A stretch of DNA of 64,000 nt from Opitutales bacterium (lineage in GTDB: Bacteria > Verrucomicrobiota > Verrucomicrobiia > Opitutales > PNEW01): positions 1,728,001 to 1,792,000 of the forward strand of contig CBDANS010000007.1 of NCBI GenBank assembly GCA_965197745.1. Direction: 5' to 3'. This document shows, one piece after another, positions 21,284-31,432 of the stretch (positions are counted from its first letter, which is position 1; every line of letters starts with the position of its first letter). The notes under the pieces are model-generated. The model saw only the letters and a list, made by a program, of their open reading frames with translations. It did not search any database and was not told the DNA's origin. A program made the translations under genes and the position numbers.

Positions 21284-22414
21284 TTATTCCGCAGTGCATC
21301 CCTTGATTATTCTTTCGGTGTTATTGTCTATCCAGTCCCAGTCCAGATCGATGCCCAGTCCCGGATCTTGAGGAAGGCGCTGATAACCTTCATCATCGAC
21401 TTCGAGGGGATTGTTTTTTAAAGCAAAACGAAAAATAGGGTGATGCGCTTCGACAAAGCGGCTGAGTTCGGTAGCACAGGCGACATGAAGATTAGCCACA
21501 TCGATGATGGGCGAGGCAGCAGTATGGATTTCCAGCTCGTAGCCCATAAGTTCACACATACCAAGCGCTTTCATTAATCCGGTGATACCACCTTTTAAAT
21601 GAACATCACCTCGGGCGATATCTATAGCCCCCTGAATTAAATATTGGGGTAATTCATGGAGGCGGACAGTTTCCGCGGCAAGAACCGGTGTTTCTATATC
21701 GTCCGCCAGTTTTTTCAGCTGATTTATCTGTCGATCAGGAATAGGTTCTTCAAACCAGAGGAATTTTAACTTATCCAATTCTCTACCAATTTCCAAAGCC
21801 TCAACAATGTTTAGCTCAGCTATGGAGTCGATCATCAGCGGAAAATCCGGCCCCACTATTTCGCGCGCCAAATGCAACCGGGGGATGACGCTGGCAGGTC
21901 CTCCCAGGGGTTGTAATTTAATGCCAGAATACCCGGCATCTTTTTTCGCCCTCACGGCTTTATCTACTGCTTCCGGAGTTTGAATAAGGTGGGGTGGAAG
22001 GCTGGCATAGAGAGGGACCTTGTCGCGAACTTTCCCCAGCAGGGTGGCGATGGGAAGTCCGGCTACTTTCCCTTTGATATCCCATAGGGCCACGTCTAAT
22101 TCAGCCTGAATAGTATCGGTCAGTCCATATAAATGCCGGTTCAATTGTCGAATGCTCTGCCATATCTTTTCATGGCACAGAGGGTCATGGCCCACGACAT
22201 GATGATAATAGACATCGTGAATGAGGTTTGCATTAGCGGGTCCACAGCCAACTACTCCATAACCCATGCTGTATCCCTCAATGCCTTCATCGGTAGAAAG
22301 GCTGATCAGGGGATAATACCAATAGCGAGGGACTTCTTTAGGAATCGGTTGATCTTCAAACCAGAGTGAAAAATCGAGTTTAACCAGACGTGTCGTTATA
22401 TCAGTTACTTTCAT
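21284..22414 (-). CDS. Mandelate racemase/muconate lactonizing enzyme (enolase superfamily), probable acid-sugar dehydratase
   Basis: DVALWDIKGK, LMID, WFEEP, AAE and PGLGIDLD motifs. Confidence 0.85.
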   Translation of the reverse strand: MKVTDITTRLVKLDFSLWFEDQPIPKEVPRYWYYPLISLSTDEGIEGYSMGYGVVGCGPANANLIHDVYYHHVVGHDPLCHEKIWQSIRQLNRHLYGLTDTIQAELDVALWDIKGKVAGLPIATLLGKVRDKVPLYASLPPHLIQTPEAVDKAVRAKKDAGYSGIKLQPLGGPASVIPRLHLAREIVGPDFPLMIDSIAELNIVEALEIGRELDKLKFLWFEEPIPDRQINQLKKLADDIETPVLAAETVRLHELPQYLIQGAIDIARGDVHLKGGITGLMKALGMCELMGYELEIHTAASPIIDVANLHVACATELSRFVEAHHPIFRFALKNNPLEVDDEGYQRLPQDPGLGIDLDWDWIDNNTERIIKGCTAE

Positions 22415-22514
22415 ATTATTAATTCAGCTGCAAAATTGTGAGGCTTGATTTAATTCTCAAGATCGGGCTCAAACTTCTGAATAATAAATTTATAATGTCA
22501 ATCTACAGTTCATC

Positions 22515-23063
22515 CTAAGGGTTGGGGTTCTCCAACTCTACTTTGAGGCTACCAATACAGGGAAGGTTGCGATATTTTTCCGCATAATCCAGACCATAGC
22601 CGACGACAAATTTATTGGGTATTTTAAATCCTATAAAATCCGCATTAAACGGGACTTCGCGACGGCCTTCTTTTTCTAATAAAATGCAAGTCCGCAATGA
22701 GGCCGGACCCCGCTGCTTTAAATAATCAAAGGCAAAAGAAATGGTATGGCCGGTATCAAGGATGTCATCGATAAGGAGGACATGCCGATTGCTTAGATCC
22801 AGGCGAATGGTATCAACGATATCAGGTGTCCTGTCGGGGAGTGTCCCATTGCGATAGCTGAAGATGCGAACACAGTCTAAGCGAAGAGAAAGATTAACCT
22901 CCCTTAATATATCTGCAGTAAAGAAGACAGCCCCATTTATGATAGAGATTACCGTTAATTCGTCACAATCTTTATAACATGCACTTACCTCCTGGCCTAA
23001 CTCCATGACCCGTTTATTGATTTCTTCTTTTGTAAATAGAATCTGTTCGAGATCTTCTAACAT
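22515..23063 (-). CDS. hpt: Hypoxanthine phosphoribosyltransferase
   Basis: VLLIDDILDTGHT PRPP motif and FVVGYGLDYAEKYRNLP. Confidence 0.95.
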   Translation of the reverse strand: MLEDLEQILFTKEEINKRVMELGQEVSACYKDCDELTVISIINGAVFFTADILREVNLSLRLDCVRIFSYRNGTLPDRTPDIVDTIRLDLSNRHVLLIDDILDTGHTISFAFDYLKQRGPASLRTCILLEKEGRREVPFNADFIGFKIPNKFVVGYGLDYAEKYRNLPCIGSLKVELENPNP

Positions 23064-23212
23064 GATTATATAATTAATGAAGATAGTTTATACTTAATAC
23101 CGGTGGCCAACTAACGATCTTAAGATATTTGATCCCACGTGTTTGGAAAGGCATTATGAATATACAGGTCAAACCGGGTATGATTCAATAGGCATCCTCG
23201 ATCCTTTTATTT

Positions 23213-23243
23213 TGACAGTGCAGAGGGCGGCGTTCAGATAATG
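23213..23243 (+). promoter_or_regulatory. Candidate sigma70 promoter for the ABC ATPase gene
   Basis: TTGACA-N19-GATAAT just upstream of ATG 23248; the spacer is longer than canonical. Confidence 0.35.
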
Positions 23244-23247
23244 AGCT

Positions 23248-24318
23248 ATGATTACGGTTACGGTCCGTAAACTGGTTAAGAGATTCGATGCTACAGTTGC
23301 ACTCGATAGCGTCGATCTTTCAATTTACGCGGGCGAGCTTTTTTTTCTCCTGGGACCAAGTGGTTGCGGTAAAACTACTCTACTGCGCACCATTGCTGGT
23401 TTTTATATCCCCGAGAAAGGTCAAATAAATTTCGGCTCTGAAGAGGTTACACGCCTGGCTCCACATAAAAGAAATACCGGTATGGTTTTTCAGAATTACG
23501 CATTATGGCCCCATATGACAATAGAAGAAAATGTCAGCTTCGGGCTTGAACAACGAAAACTGAATAAAAATGAGATTAAGCAGCGAGTAACCGAATCATT
23601 AAAAGCCGTGGACATGTATCCCTATGCCCACCGCAAGCCCAATCAGCTTTCCGGCGGTCAGCAACAGCGGATAGCCCTCGCTCGAGCCCTGGTCATTCGG
23701 CCGCAATGTCTTCTCCTTGATGAACCTCTCTCCAATCTGGATGCCAAGCTCCGCCTTGAAATGAGGTCAGAAATCAGGCGCGTCTGCAAAGAGAGCAAAT
23801 TAACTACGATTTATGTGACGCATGATCAAAAGGAGGCGTTATCAATCGCTGACCGCATAGCTATTTTAAACGAGGGGAGGGTGTTGCAGGTGGGAAACCC
23901 GCAAGCAATATATAAGCACCCACAGAACGCATTTGTCGCAGATTTTATCGGCGAGACAAATTTTGTTGAGGGCACACTGCTACAGTGCAGCGGAGGAACC
24001 GCCCTCGTAAAAACAGGATTAGGGAATATCCGAGGTCTTTGGCCGGAGGAATCGAACAATCTCACGGAAGGAGCTGAAGTACGCCTGTCCATCCGTCCGG
24101 AATCTATTCACATTGAAAGAAATGCTTCATCTGAAAATTGCTTTCGAGGCCGAATCAAAGAGACCCTATACTATGGCGAGCTGGGCCAATATAATTTTTT
24201 AAGCGATGATGTGAGTTTGAAGGTATTCGAGATCAATCCGCGGTATTACGGGATTTCTCCTGAATTAGAACTTTATGCCTGTGTTGAACCCGGAGAGGTC
24301 ATTGTTCTAAAAAAGTAG
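23248..24318 (+). CDS. ABC importer ATP-binding subunit (PotA/FbpC-like, with TOBE domain)
   Basis: GPSGCGKTT, VFQNYALWPH, LSGGQQQR and LLDEPLSNLD motifs. Confidence 0.9.
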   Translation: MITVTVRKLVKRFDATVALDSVDLSIYAGELFFLLGPSGCGKTTLLRTIAGFYIPEKGQINFGSEEVTRLAPHKRNTGMVFQNYALWPHMTIEENVSFGLEQRKLNKNEIKQRVTESLKAVDMYPYAHRKPNQLSGGQQQRIALARALVIRPQCLLLDEPLSNLDAKLRLEMRSEIRRVCKESKLTTIYVTHDQKEALSIADRIAILNEGRVLQVGNPQAIYKHPQNAFVADFIGETNFVEGTLLQCSGGTALVKTGLGNIRGLWPEESNNLTEGAEVRLSIRPESIHIERNASSENCFRGRIKETLYYGELGQYNFLSDDVSLKVFEINPRYYGISPELELYACVEPGEVIVLKK

Positions 24319-24324
24319 ACGAAG

Positions 24325-25944
24325 ATGCGTAATTATTTCCTGATCGCATTAATTTCTATCATTATTGCCGTGCCGTTCCTCTTGCGGAAAAAAGAGGGTA
24401 AGATTGATGATAGTGATGAAAAATTAGTTATTATCTCACCTCACCTGGAATCCATTCGCTATGAATTCACCCAGGGATTCAAAAAATGGTATAAAAACAA
24501 AACAGGGTTAACCGTAGATATCGATTGGCGCGTGCCCGGCGGGACAAGTGAAATTGTGCGCTTTATAAATTCTGAATATACGAGCGCCTTTCGCCTTTAC
24601 TGGGAGCGGGAATTAAAGAACGCATGGAGCTTAAAGGTTCAGGAAAATTTTACGAATAGCCGCATCGTATTAGATGATTCACCAGAAGACGATTCTATCG
24701 CTGAGGCGTCCCGCCGCGCTTTTCTAAATTCTAATATAGGTTGCGGGATGGACATCATGTTTGGTGGGGGCAGCTATGATTTTATACAACAGGCACGTGC
24801 CGGCCGCTTAATTAATTGCGAATTACTGAATCGACGACCGGAATGGTTCGGTGAAAATGGTATTCCCAAAGCTTTTGCGGGAGAACCATTCTGGGATGAG
24901 GAAGGGCGTTGGATTGGAGCCGTTCTCGCTACTTTTGGAATTATATACAACCATGATTCACTCCATCGGCTTGGCATAGAGGGGTATCCCCACAAGTGGG
25001 AAGACTTGGATAATCCTCGCTACTTCGGGGAAATTGCGTCTGCCGATCCAACAAAAAGCGGTTCTGTGAACAAAGCGTTTGAAATGATTATCCAGGAGCA
25101 GATGCAATTGCTTTACCGCCAATACCAGTTGGAAAATAGCAATCTTTCAGAAGATTTAGAAAAGCGGGCAATCGAGGATGGGTGGATGAAAGGAATTCAA
25201 TTGATCCAGACAATCTCTGCCAATGCGCGGTATTTTACCGATTCATCGACAAAAATATCGATTGATGTTTCGACGGGGGATTGTGCAGTTGGTATGAGCA
25301 TTGATTATTACGCCCGTTACCAGGAAGAACAAATGAAAAATCGTGAGGGGAGAAAAAGATTTGGTTATCAAATGCCCCAAAATGGATCAGCTGTTTCCGT
25401 AGACCCCATCGGTATCTTCCGTGGTGCGGAAAATTCTGAATTGGCCCAGGATTTTATAGAATATGTTATTTCGCTGGAAGGACAGAAACTCTGGAATTTT
25501 AAAGTTAAATCACCAGGTGGCCCGGAACAGTATGCACTCAGACGTCCTCCTGTCCGCATGGAGTTATACGCAGAAGCATTTAATCCCTATCGATCGGATC
25601 CCTCCGTAAATCCTTATTTAGATGCCGGTGAATTTGTCTACGAGGGTGGATGGACAGGTCCCCTTTTCAATGAGTTGAGATTTATAATAAAAACAGCATT
25701 CATCGATGTGCATAAGGATTTAAAAGAAGCCCGTGAAGCATTAATTGAAAATAATTTTCCCGAAAATGCCGTGGCTGAATTTAATGATTTATCAGCTATC
25801 AGTTATGCTGAAGCTATGGGGCCAATTAAAAACGCGATACGATCACGTAACCGTATTGAGGAAGTAGTGCTTGCAAAAAGACTTTCTCACCATTTTCAAA
25901 AAAAGTATAAGGAAACCATTCGCCTTGCTTACGGGGGTAGTTAA
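24325..25944 (+). CDS. ABC importer extracellular solute-binding protein (Fe3+/AfuA-like)
   Basis: N-terminal anchor; LVIISPH, DIMFGGG, ADPTKSGS and VISLEGQ motifs. Confidence 0.75.
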   Translation: MRNYFLIALISIIIAVPFLLRKKEGKIDDSDEKLVIISPHLESIRYEFTQGFKKWYKNKTGLTVDIDWRVPGGTSEIVRFINSEYTSAFRLYWERELKNAWSLKVQENFTNSRIVLDDSPEDDSIAEASRRAFLNSNIGCGMDIMFGGGSYDFIQQARAGRLINCELLNRRPEWFGENGIPKAFAGEPFWDEEGRWIGAVLATFGIIYNHDSLHRLGIEGYPHKWEDLDNPRYFGEIASADPTKSGSVNKAFEMIIQEQMQLLYRQYQLENSNLSEDLEKRAIEDGWMKGIQLIQTISANARYFTDSSTKISIDVSTGDCAVGMSIDYYARYQEEQMKNREGRKRFGYQMPQNGSAVSVDPIGIFRGAENSELAQDFIEYVISLEGQKLWNFKVKSPGGPEQYALRRPPVRMELYAEAFNPYRSDPSVNPYLDAGEFVYEGGWTGPLFNELRFIIKTAFIDVHKDLKEAREALIENNFPENAVAEFNDLSAISYAEAMGPIKNAIRSRNRIEEVVLAKRLSHHFQKKYKETIRLAYGGS

Positions 25945-26072
25945 TTTGAATATTTACTGATAAAAAATCTGATAAATTATGAAAGATTAAAAGCGATGGA
26001 ATTGCTTTTGGAATCTTTGATAAAAATATTGTCAGTATTTCATTCATTTCCGGGATCAGAAAGACACAACTT

Positions 26073-27587
26073 ATGGTAAACGACGAAAAAGAAATAATTG
26101 CTCCACCGAGAGCACTGCTTGCCAATAATCCTCTCAAGTGGTTGAAGTATTTTGGTCCCGGCGCTATTATCGCCTCTGCTACCATTGGAAGTGGTGAAAC
26201 GTTATTTGCCACGCGCGGTGGCAGTCTTTTTGGATATAATATATTATGGATTTTTGTTTATGTTTCGATTCTCAAATGGGTTCTCTGTTACAGCAGCATG
26301 CGGCATATGATATTAAGCGGCGCCCATCCTTATGAGCGCTGGAGTTTTATCCCCGGCCCGCATGGATGGTTTCCGATATTCATGTTTAGTATACCCCTGA
26401 TTTTATGGCCGATTTGGTATGGATTTCTCTCAGGAGTCATGGGAACGGCATTCATGTGGGTTTTTGGCGTCAGGGAAGCGTTTGCCGGAAATGATGTCTA
26501 TATATGGGCTACTCTATTTCTATGCCTGGGCATTGTTATCCTTTTTATTGGCAGTTACTCTTTCGTGGAGATAGGCCAAATCACGATTATCGGTCTCATG
26601 ACATTGTGTATGGTCATCGCCATTTTTTACATGGGAGCTGATTGGTTGGCAGCATTCAAAGGAACGATTGTTCCTCAAGCGGTGAGTTTCCCGGATTGGA
26701 TATACGAGGTAAAACCGGATATGAAAAATCGTTCGGCCTGGCTGGAGGTTCTTGTCTACACGGGTGTTATAGGCGGCGCCAGTTTCGACTACCTTGGCTA
26801 TGTGGCATTCCTGCGGGATAAAAAGTGGGGCCGCAGTCACATGGAATTAGCGACGAAAGAGGAGCTGAGTGAGATTGCCGAAGAAAAAGATCATTCTGCC
26901 AGGCTCTGGGTCCGTGCCGCGCTCATTGATACGAGCTGCAGTTTTGCCATGATCATTTTTCTTTCTGGGTGTTTTTCCATGCTGGGAACAATAGTCCTTC
27001 GGCCACAGCATCTTTTCCCGAATGACATGAATCTTCTCAACTACCAGGGCGAATTTTTCACGGCACTCGCGCCCTGGCTGCTCCCTTTATATAAAGTAGC
27101 AATATTCTTTGCTTTTCTCTCCATTATTTACGGTGGCCCGGAACTGGCGGTTAGGGTCTTTTATGAATATTTTAATTCTTTACCACGATTTCGAAACCGC
27201 GTGCCTATGCGCAAAATCAGAATTTTCGTGATTGTCTGGTGCATAATTGGAGGCATAATACTTCTCTGGTTGAGCAAAGCCTACCCGGGTGTAACGCTAG
27301 TTGAGTATATCACCCCGGCGAGTCTCATTTCCGGTGTCTTGTCGTGTGGATTATATTGCCTTTTCAACCCGTGGATGGATTGGAAATTTCTTCCGACTGA
27401 ATTGAGAATGAATCGCTTCCTTGTGATTCTAAATATACTGGCGGGTGTAATTTTCGTGGCAACCGGACTTAAAGCTCTTTGGGATCATTGGGAATTCAAT
27501 TATCTAATCCTCGGCGGGCACATTGTCATATGCATGGTATTGGCAAAAATGATATTCAAAAGATATCTCTCTAAAAGACCGGCCTGA
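26073..27587 (+). CDS. NRAMP/MntH-like (APC superfamily) secondary transporter
   Basis: FGPGAIIASATIGSGE in TM1 and about 11 hydrophobic segments. Confidence 0.75.
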   Translation: MVNDEKEIIAPPRALLANNPLKWLKYFGPGAIIASATIGSGETLFATRGGSLFGYNILWIFVYVSILKWVLCYSSMRHMILSGAHPYERWSFIPGPHGWFPIFMFSIPLILWPIWYGFLSGVMGTAFMWVFGVREAFAGNDVYIWATLFLCLGIVILFIGSYSFVEIGQITIIGLMTLCMVIAIFYMGADWLAAFKGTIVPQAVSFPDWIYEVKPDMKNRSAWLEVLVYTGVIGGASFDYLGYVAFLRDKKWGRSHMELATKEELSEIAEEKDHSARLWVRAALIDTSCSFAMIIFLSGCFSMLGTIVLRPQHLFPNDMNLLNYQGEFFTALAPWLLPLYKVAIFFAFLSIIYGGPELAVRVFYEYFNSLPRFRNRVPMRKIRIFVIVWCIIGGIILLWLSKAYPGVTLVEYITPASLISGVLSCGLYCLFNPWMDWKFLPTELRMNRFLVILNILAGVIFVATGLKALWDHWEFNYLILGGHIVICMVLAKMIFKRYLSKRPA

Positions 27588-27704
27588 TCAAGCTGCGACA
27601 ATTTTTAGAGATTACTTTTCAATTATTTTACAATGTAGTCATAAGCTTTCTACTCTTTATCGACTTCATTACAAATCACAGCAGCGTAAAGCCGAGAATG
27701 CTTC

Positions 27705-28244
27705 TTAAGCAGTCTGCATGTTCACATCCAAGGCTGATGTATAGCGCAAAAGAACATCGGTCAATTCTTTGATCCGTCTGTTAAGTTCAGTGTCATGAAT
27801 TTCATTTTCGCGGAAGGCATCAGAAGTGGCATATACAAAGCGGGGAATTATCAAGCAACGAAAATCCAGCATGAGAGAGTTAGCGAATGGCATGACTGAC
27901 ATATAACTGCTGTTTCCTCCAGCTGAACAGATAAATCCTACAACCTTTTCGGTCCAGGCTTTGCCCGTTAATTCAAGGAGGTTTTTAGCCACAGCATTGA
28001 CATCAAAATTGTAGATAGGAGTGGAAATAATTATACCTGACGCTTTCTCGATTTTATGCGTGAGTTTAATGACTTGCTCGTTATTATAACAGGAATGGCC
28101 GTCACAGTGTGGAAGATCCCAATTCGCAAGGTCAACATGCTCAATTTTATGATCAGAGTTTTTTAAAATTTCGAGGGCATAACGGGCCATAGCCGTGCTG
28201 TGGCTGTGTGAATTCAAACTGCAGCTAATTAATATCAATTTCAT
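27705..28244 (-). CDS. NADPH-dependent FMN reductase
   Basis: Flavodoxin-like motifs ISCSLNSHSHS, STPIYN and AKNLLE. Confidence 0.85.
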   Translation of the reverse strand: MKLILISCSLNSHSHSTAMARYALEILKNSDHKIEHVDLANWDLPHCDGHSCYNNEQVIKLTHKIEKASGIIISTPIYNFDVNAVAKNLLELTGKAWTEKVVGFICSAGGNSSYMSVMPFANSLMLDFRCLIIPRFVYATSDAFRENEIHDTELNRRIKELTDVLLRYTSALDVNMQTA

Positions 28245-28356
28245 TAGAATGAATTTACTATTACTTAAGTTTAATAAAAGACAATGCCTAATGGCACCGC
28301 TGGATTAGATTATTAAGTCTGGTAATATATTTCCCCGAGAAAGGTTTGAAGCATTA

Positions 28357-29142
28357 TTATCGTTTTATGGGATATTTTTTTAATCTCATTGTTTGTGCGA
28401 TGAAGCGGATAATAAAAATAGGGTTATATTTTAAATACCGTTTCCAAAGTCTTCCTGGTTCTTGAATTAAACGAAACAACCATTCAAATCCTGAACGTTG
28501 GATCCAACGTGGCGCCTGTCGGATTTGGCCGGTGTAAAAATCGAAAGCGGCCCCGACACCGAATAGCAATACGGTATTTAATTTCGGCAGATATTCGGCC
28601 ATAAACTTTTCCTGCTTTGGGGTGCTAAGCCCGACCCATACAATAGAGGGAGCCGCGCCCTCAATAATTTTCACTAATTCGGACTCCTCCTGATCATTTA
28701 GTTTTCTGAATGGGGGAGTATAATGTCCGACAATATTTAAGCGGGGGAAGCGTTCTTTGAGTGTTCTGGAAAGTTCCTTCGCGACCCCGGGTGCCCCACC
28801 ATAAATAAAATGACCATAGGAAGTATTTTCGGTGGCAGCGCATACTTCGTCCATCAGATCAGGGCCATAAACACGATTAATATTGTTTTGAGCACGCCAC
28901 TTGCCAATCCAAACCAGTGGCATGCCGTCAGGAGTGACGAGATAGGCGCGGTTATATATTTTAGACAATTCCGGATCGTTTTGCGCTTCACTTATTCCAT
29001 GAACATTAGTCACGCAAACATAACCTTTTTCTCCTTTTCCCAAAGCGTCAAGAACGGCATCTCTTGCAGACTCAAGAGTTATAGCGCTCACCGCTATACC
29101 TTGAACATTAAAAGTCTCAATTTGTGTTATGGGCACACTCAC
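28357..29142 (-). CDS. WecG/TagA/CpsF family glycosyltransferase (GT26)
   Basis: PDGMPLVW, RVYGPDL, VGLSTPKQE, GVGAAFDF and EWLFRLIQEPGRLWKRY motifs. Confidence 0.9.
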   Translation of the reverse strand: MSVPITQIETFNVQGIAVSAITLESARDAVLDALGKGEKGYVCVTNVHGISEAQNDPELSKIYNRAYLVTPDGMPLVWIGKWRAQNNINRVYGPDLMDEVCAATENTSYGHFIYGGAPGVAKELSRTLKERFPRLNIVGHYTPPFRKLNDQEESELVKIIEGAAPSIVWVGLSTPKQEKFMAEYLPKLNTVLLFGVGAAFDFYTGQIRQAPRWIQRSGFEWLFRLIQEPGRLWKRYLKYNPIFIIRFIAQTMRLKKYPIKR

Positions 29143-29234
29143 ATTCAGGAGATTACAATTGTCGTCTTTATATGCCTTGACCAGCTAATCTTTAAATTGC
29201 GATATTCAATGAATAGATAATTCTACCACAAATA

Positions 29235-30227
29235 ATGAATTGGCGTAGTGCAATTTTAATATTAACGGGGGTTTTAGCAGCTTGTTCATCTTCCAATAAA
29301 GACACAGAAACTTACCGTATCGCGGTTATCCCAAAAGGGACAACCCATGTTTTCTGGAAATCCATACACGCCGGTGCGATTAAAGCGGAACGTGAGTTCA
29401 ATGCTTTGAATATACCGGTGGAAATAATATGGAAAGGCCCCCTGAAGGAGGATGACCGTTCAGCTCAAATTAACGTAGTCGAAAATTTTATTGGACAGGA
29501 AGTCGACGGCATTGTCCTTGCTCCTTTGGATAGCAAAGCCCTCGTAGCCCCAGTAATAAAGGCGGAGCGGGCGGGAATACCAACGGTGATATTTGATTCG
29601 GGACTCGAATATGAGGGGATCGCGAGTTTCGCCGCAACCGATAACTACAAGGGTGGTCGCATGGCGGGTGAATATCTTGTCGAGCTTCTGGAAGGGAAAG
29701 GAAAGGTTATAATGCTGCGTTTCATGGTTGGATCAGCCAGTTCCACAGCGCGCGAACAGGGTTTTCTCGACGTGGTTTCGCGCTATCCAGATATTCAACT
29801 CCTCTCTACCGATAAGTACACCGGCGCTACGCGAGATACCGCACATACTGCTTCTCAAAATATCCTGAATCGTTTCGGAGATGAGGTGGATGGTATATTT
29901 ATGCCTAACGAATCTTCCACCAACGGAATGTTATTAGCTTTACGCGCCATTGGGCGTGCTGGTGGTGATGTAAAATTCGTAGGTTTTGATGGCGGCGATC
30001 AAAATGTGCAGGGGGTGGAAGCAGGAGACATTCAGGGGATCGTTATTCAGGACCCGTTCAAAATGGGTTACGTCGGGGTAAAACTAATGATCCAACATCT
30101 TCAAGGGCAAAGCGTCAAACAGCGTGTCGATACCGGGGCAACACTTGTCACACGCGATAATTTAAATGACGGTCATATCCAAAAGCTTCTCTTTCCTCCG
30201 CTGGATAAATATGCGGAACGTCTGTAA
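29235..30227 (+). CDS. Monosaccharide ABC transporter substrate-binding lipoprotein, copy 1 (RbsB-like)
   Basis: Lipobox LAAC; IAVIPKGTTHVFW, ATDNYKGG, VGFD and QDPFKMGY motifs. Confidence 0.9.
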   Translation: MNWRSAILILTGVLAACSSSNKDTETYRIAVIPKGTTHVFWKSIHAGAIKAEREFNALNIPVEIIWKGPLKEDDRSAQINVVENFIGQEVDGIVLAPLDSKALVAPVIKAERAGIPTVIFDSGLEYEGIASFAATDNYKGGRMAGEYLVELLEGKGKVIMLRFMVGSASSTAREQGFLDVVSRYPDIQLLSTDKYTGATRDTAHTASQNILNRFGDEVDGIFMPNESSTNGMLLALRAIGRAGGDVKFVGFDGGDQNVQGVEAGDIQGIVIQDPFKMGYVGVKLMIQHLQGQSVKQRVDTGATLVTRDNLNDGHIQKLLFPPLDKYAERL

Positions 30228-30341
30228 GCACTTTGGTGCCGATGAAAGCACGCATATGGAAATACTAAGGGGTTCCTATGCACCTGATGCGGAAGTGATT
30301 ACACAAGATTCAAGCCATTCATCCCGGGCCACCCGCTAAAC
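30211..30341 (+). pseudogene. Degraded 5' fragment of the sugar ABC ATPase (duplication relic)
   Basis: Translates to MRNVCKHFGA-DESTHMEILRGSYAPDAEVITQD/KPFIPGHPLN, which aligns with MRGVSKRFGA...KSTLMKILSGAYSPDAGKITLEGKAFTPGNPLH of the intact ATPase (31445-31651). Confidence 0.85.
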
Positions 30342-30385
30342 TTTAATTGCGATATTTCAAAGGATAGACAACCTTTACACGAAAT

Positions 30386-31372
30386 ATGAATCTGCGCATC
30401 GGGTTTTTTATATTTGCTGGTTTATTTTTAGCGAGCTGTACTGCTTCCAATATAGAGGCTGAAAAATATCGTATCGCCGTTATCCCGAAAGGCACCACCC
30501 ATGTCTTTTGGAAATCTATTCATGCCGGGGCATTGAAAGCGGAACGCGAGTTTAACGCTTCTGGTATCCCGGTAGAAATAATCTGGAAAGGGCCGCTAAA
30601 AGAAGATGACCGTTCAACTCAAATCAACCTCGTAGAAAACTTTATTGGTCAAAAAGTCGATGGTATCGTGCTTGCGCCTCTGGATAGCAAAACGCTGATC
30701 ACGCCAGTGATTAAAGCAGAACGCGCGGGAATCCCCACTCTGATATTTGATTCGGGTCTCGAATATGACGGTATCGTAAGTTATGTCGCCACTGATAATT
30801 ACAGGGGCGGTCGCATGGCGGGTGAATATCTTGTTGAGCTTCTCGAAGGTAAGGGAAATGTAATAATGATGCGGTTCATGGTGGGATCGGCAAGTGACAC
30901 AGCGCGCGAACAAGGTTTTCTCGATGTGGTTACGTCATACCCGGAGATTAATCTTCTTTCTACAAATAAGTATACTGGCGCTACTCGCGATTCCGCATAT
31001 TCTGCCTCGCAAAATATCCTGAATCGCTTCGGAGACAAGGTGGATGGCATATTTATGACTAACGAATCTTCAACTAACGGAATGCTCTTAGCTTTACGCG
31101 CAATTGGACGAGCTGAAGGCGATGTAAAATTTGTTGGATTTGACGGCGGTGATCAAAACGTGCAGGGGCTGGAGGCCGGTGACATTCAAGGATTCGTCAT
31201 TCAGGATCCATATAAGATGGGATACACCGCGGTTAAATTGATAATTCAACACCTCCAAGGGCAATCTGTAGTAAACCGTGTCGATACCGGAGCCACCTTA
31301 GTAACCCCAGATAATTTAAATGATGATCAAATCCAGAAGCTTCTCTTCCCACCCTTGGATGATTTTATATAA
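30386..31372 (+). CDS. Monosaccharide ABC transporter substrate-binding lipoprotein, copy 2 (tandem paralogue)
   Basis: Lipobox LASC; long blocks identical to copy 1. Confidence 0.9.
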   Translation: MNLRIGFFIFAGLFLASCTASNIEAEKYRIAVIPKGTTHVFWKSIHAGALKAEREFNASGIPVEIIWKGPLKEDDRSTQINLVENFIGQKVDGIVLAPLDSKTLITPVIKAERAGIPTLIFDSGLEYDGIVSYVATDNYRGGRMAGEYLVELLEGKGNVIMMRFMVGSASDTAREQGFLDVVTSYPEINLLSTNKYTGATRDSAYSASQNILNRFGDKVDGIFMTNESSTNGMLLALRAIGRAEGDVKFVGFDGGDQNVQGLEAGDIQGFVIQDPYKMGYTAVKLIIQHLQGQSVVNRVDTGATLVTPDNLNDDQIQKLLFPPLDDFI

Positions 31373-31432
31373 AAACTGTAAGATGACTGTGTCCTGGAGA
31401 AGAGACTAAATGCTCAAATAACAGAAATAGCG

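Noticed and set aside
23100..23125. CGG...AACGATCTTAAG resembling the first IS terminal repeat
   Set aside because: Only about 10 AT-rich bases match, with no partner repeat or target duplication.
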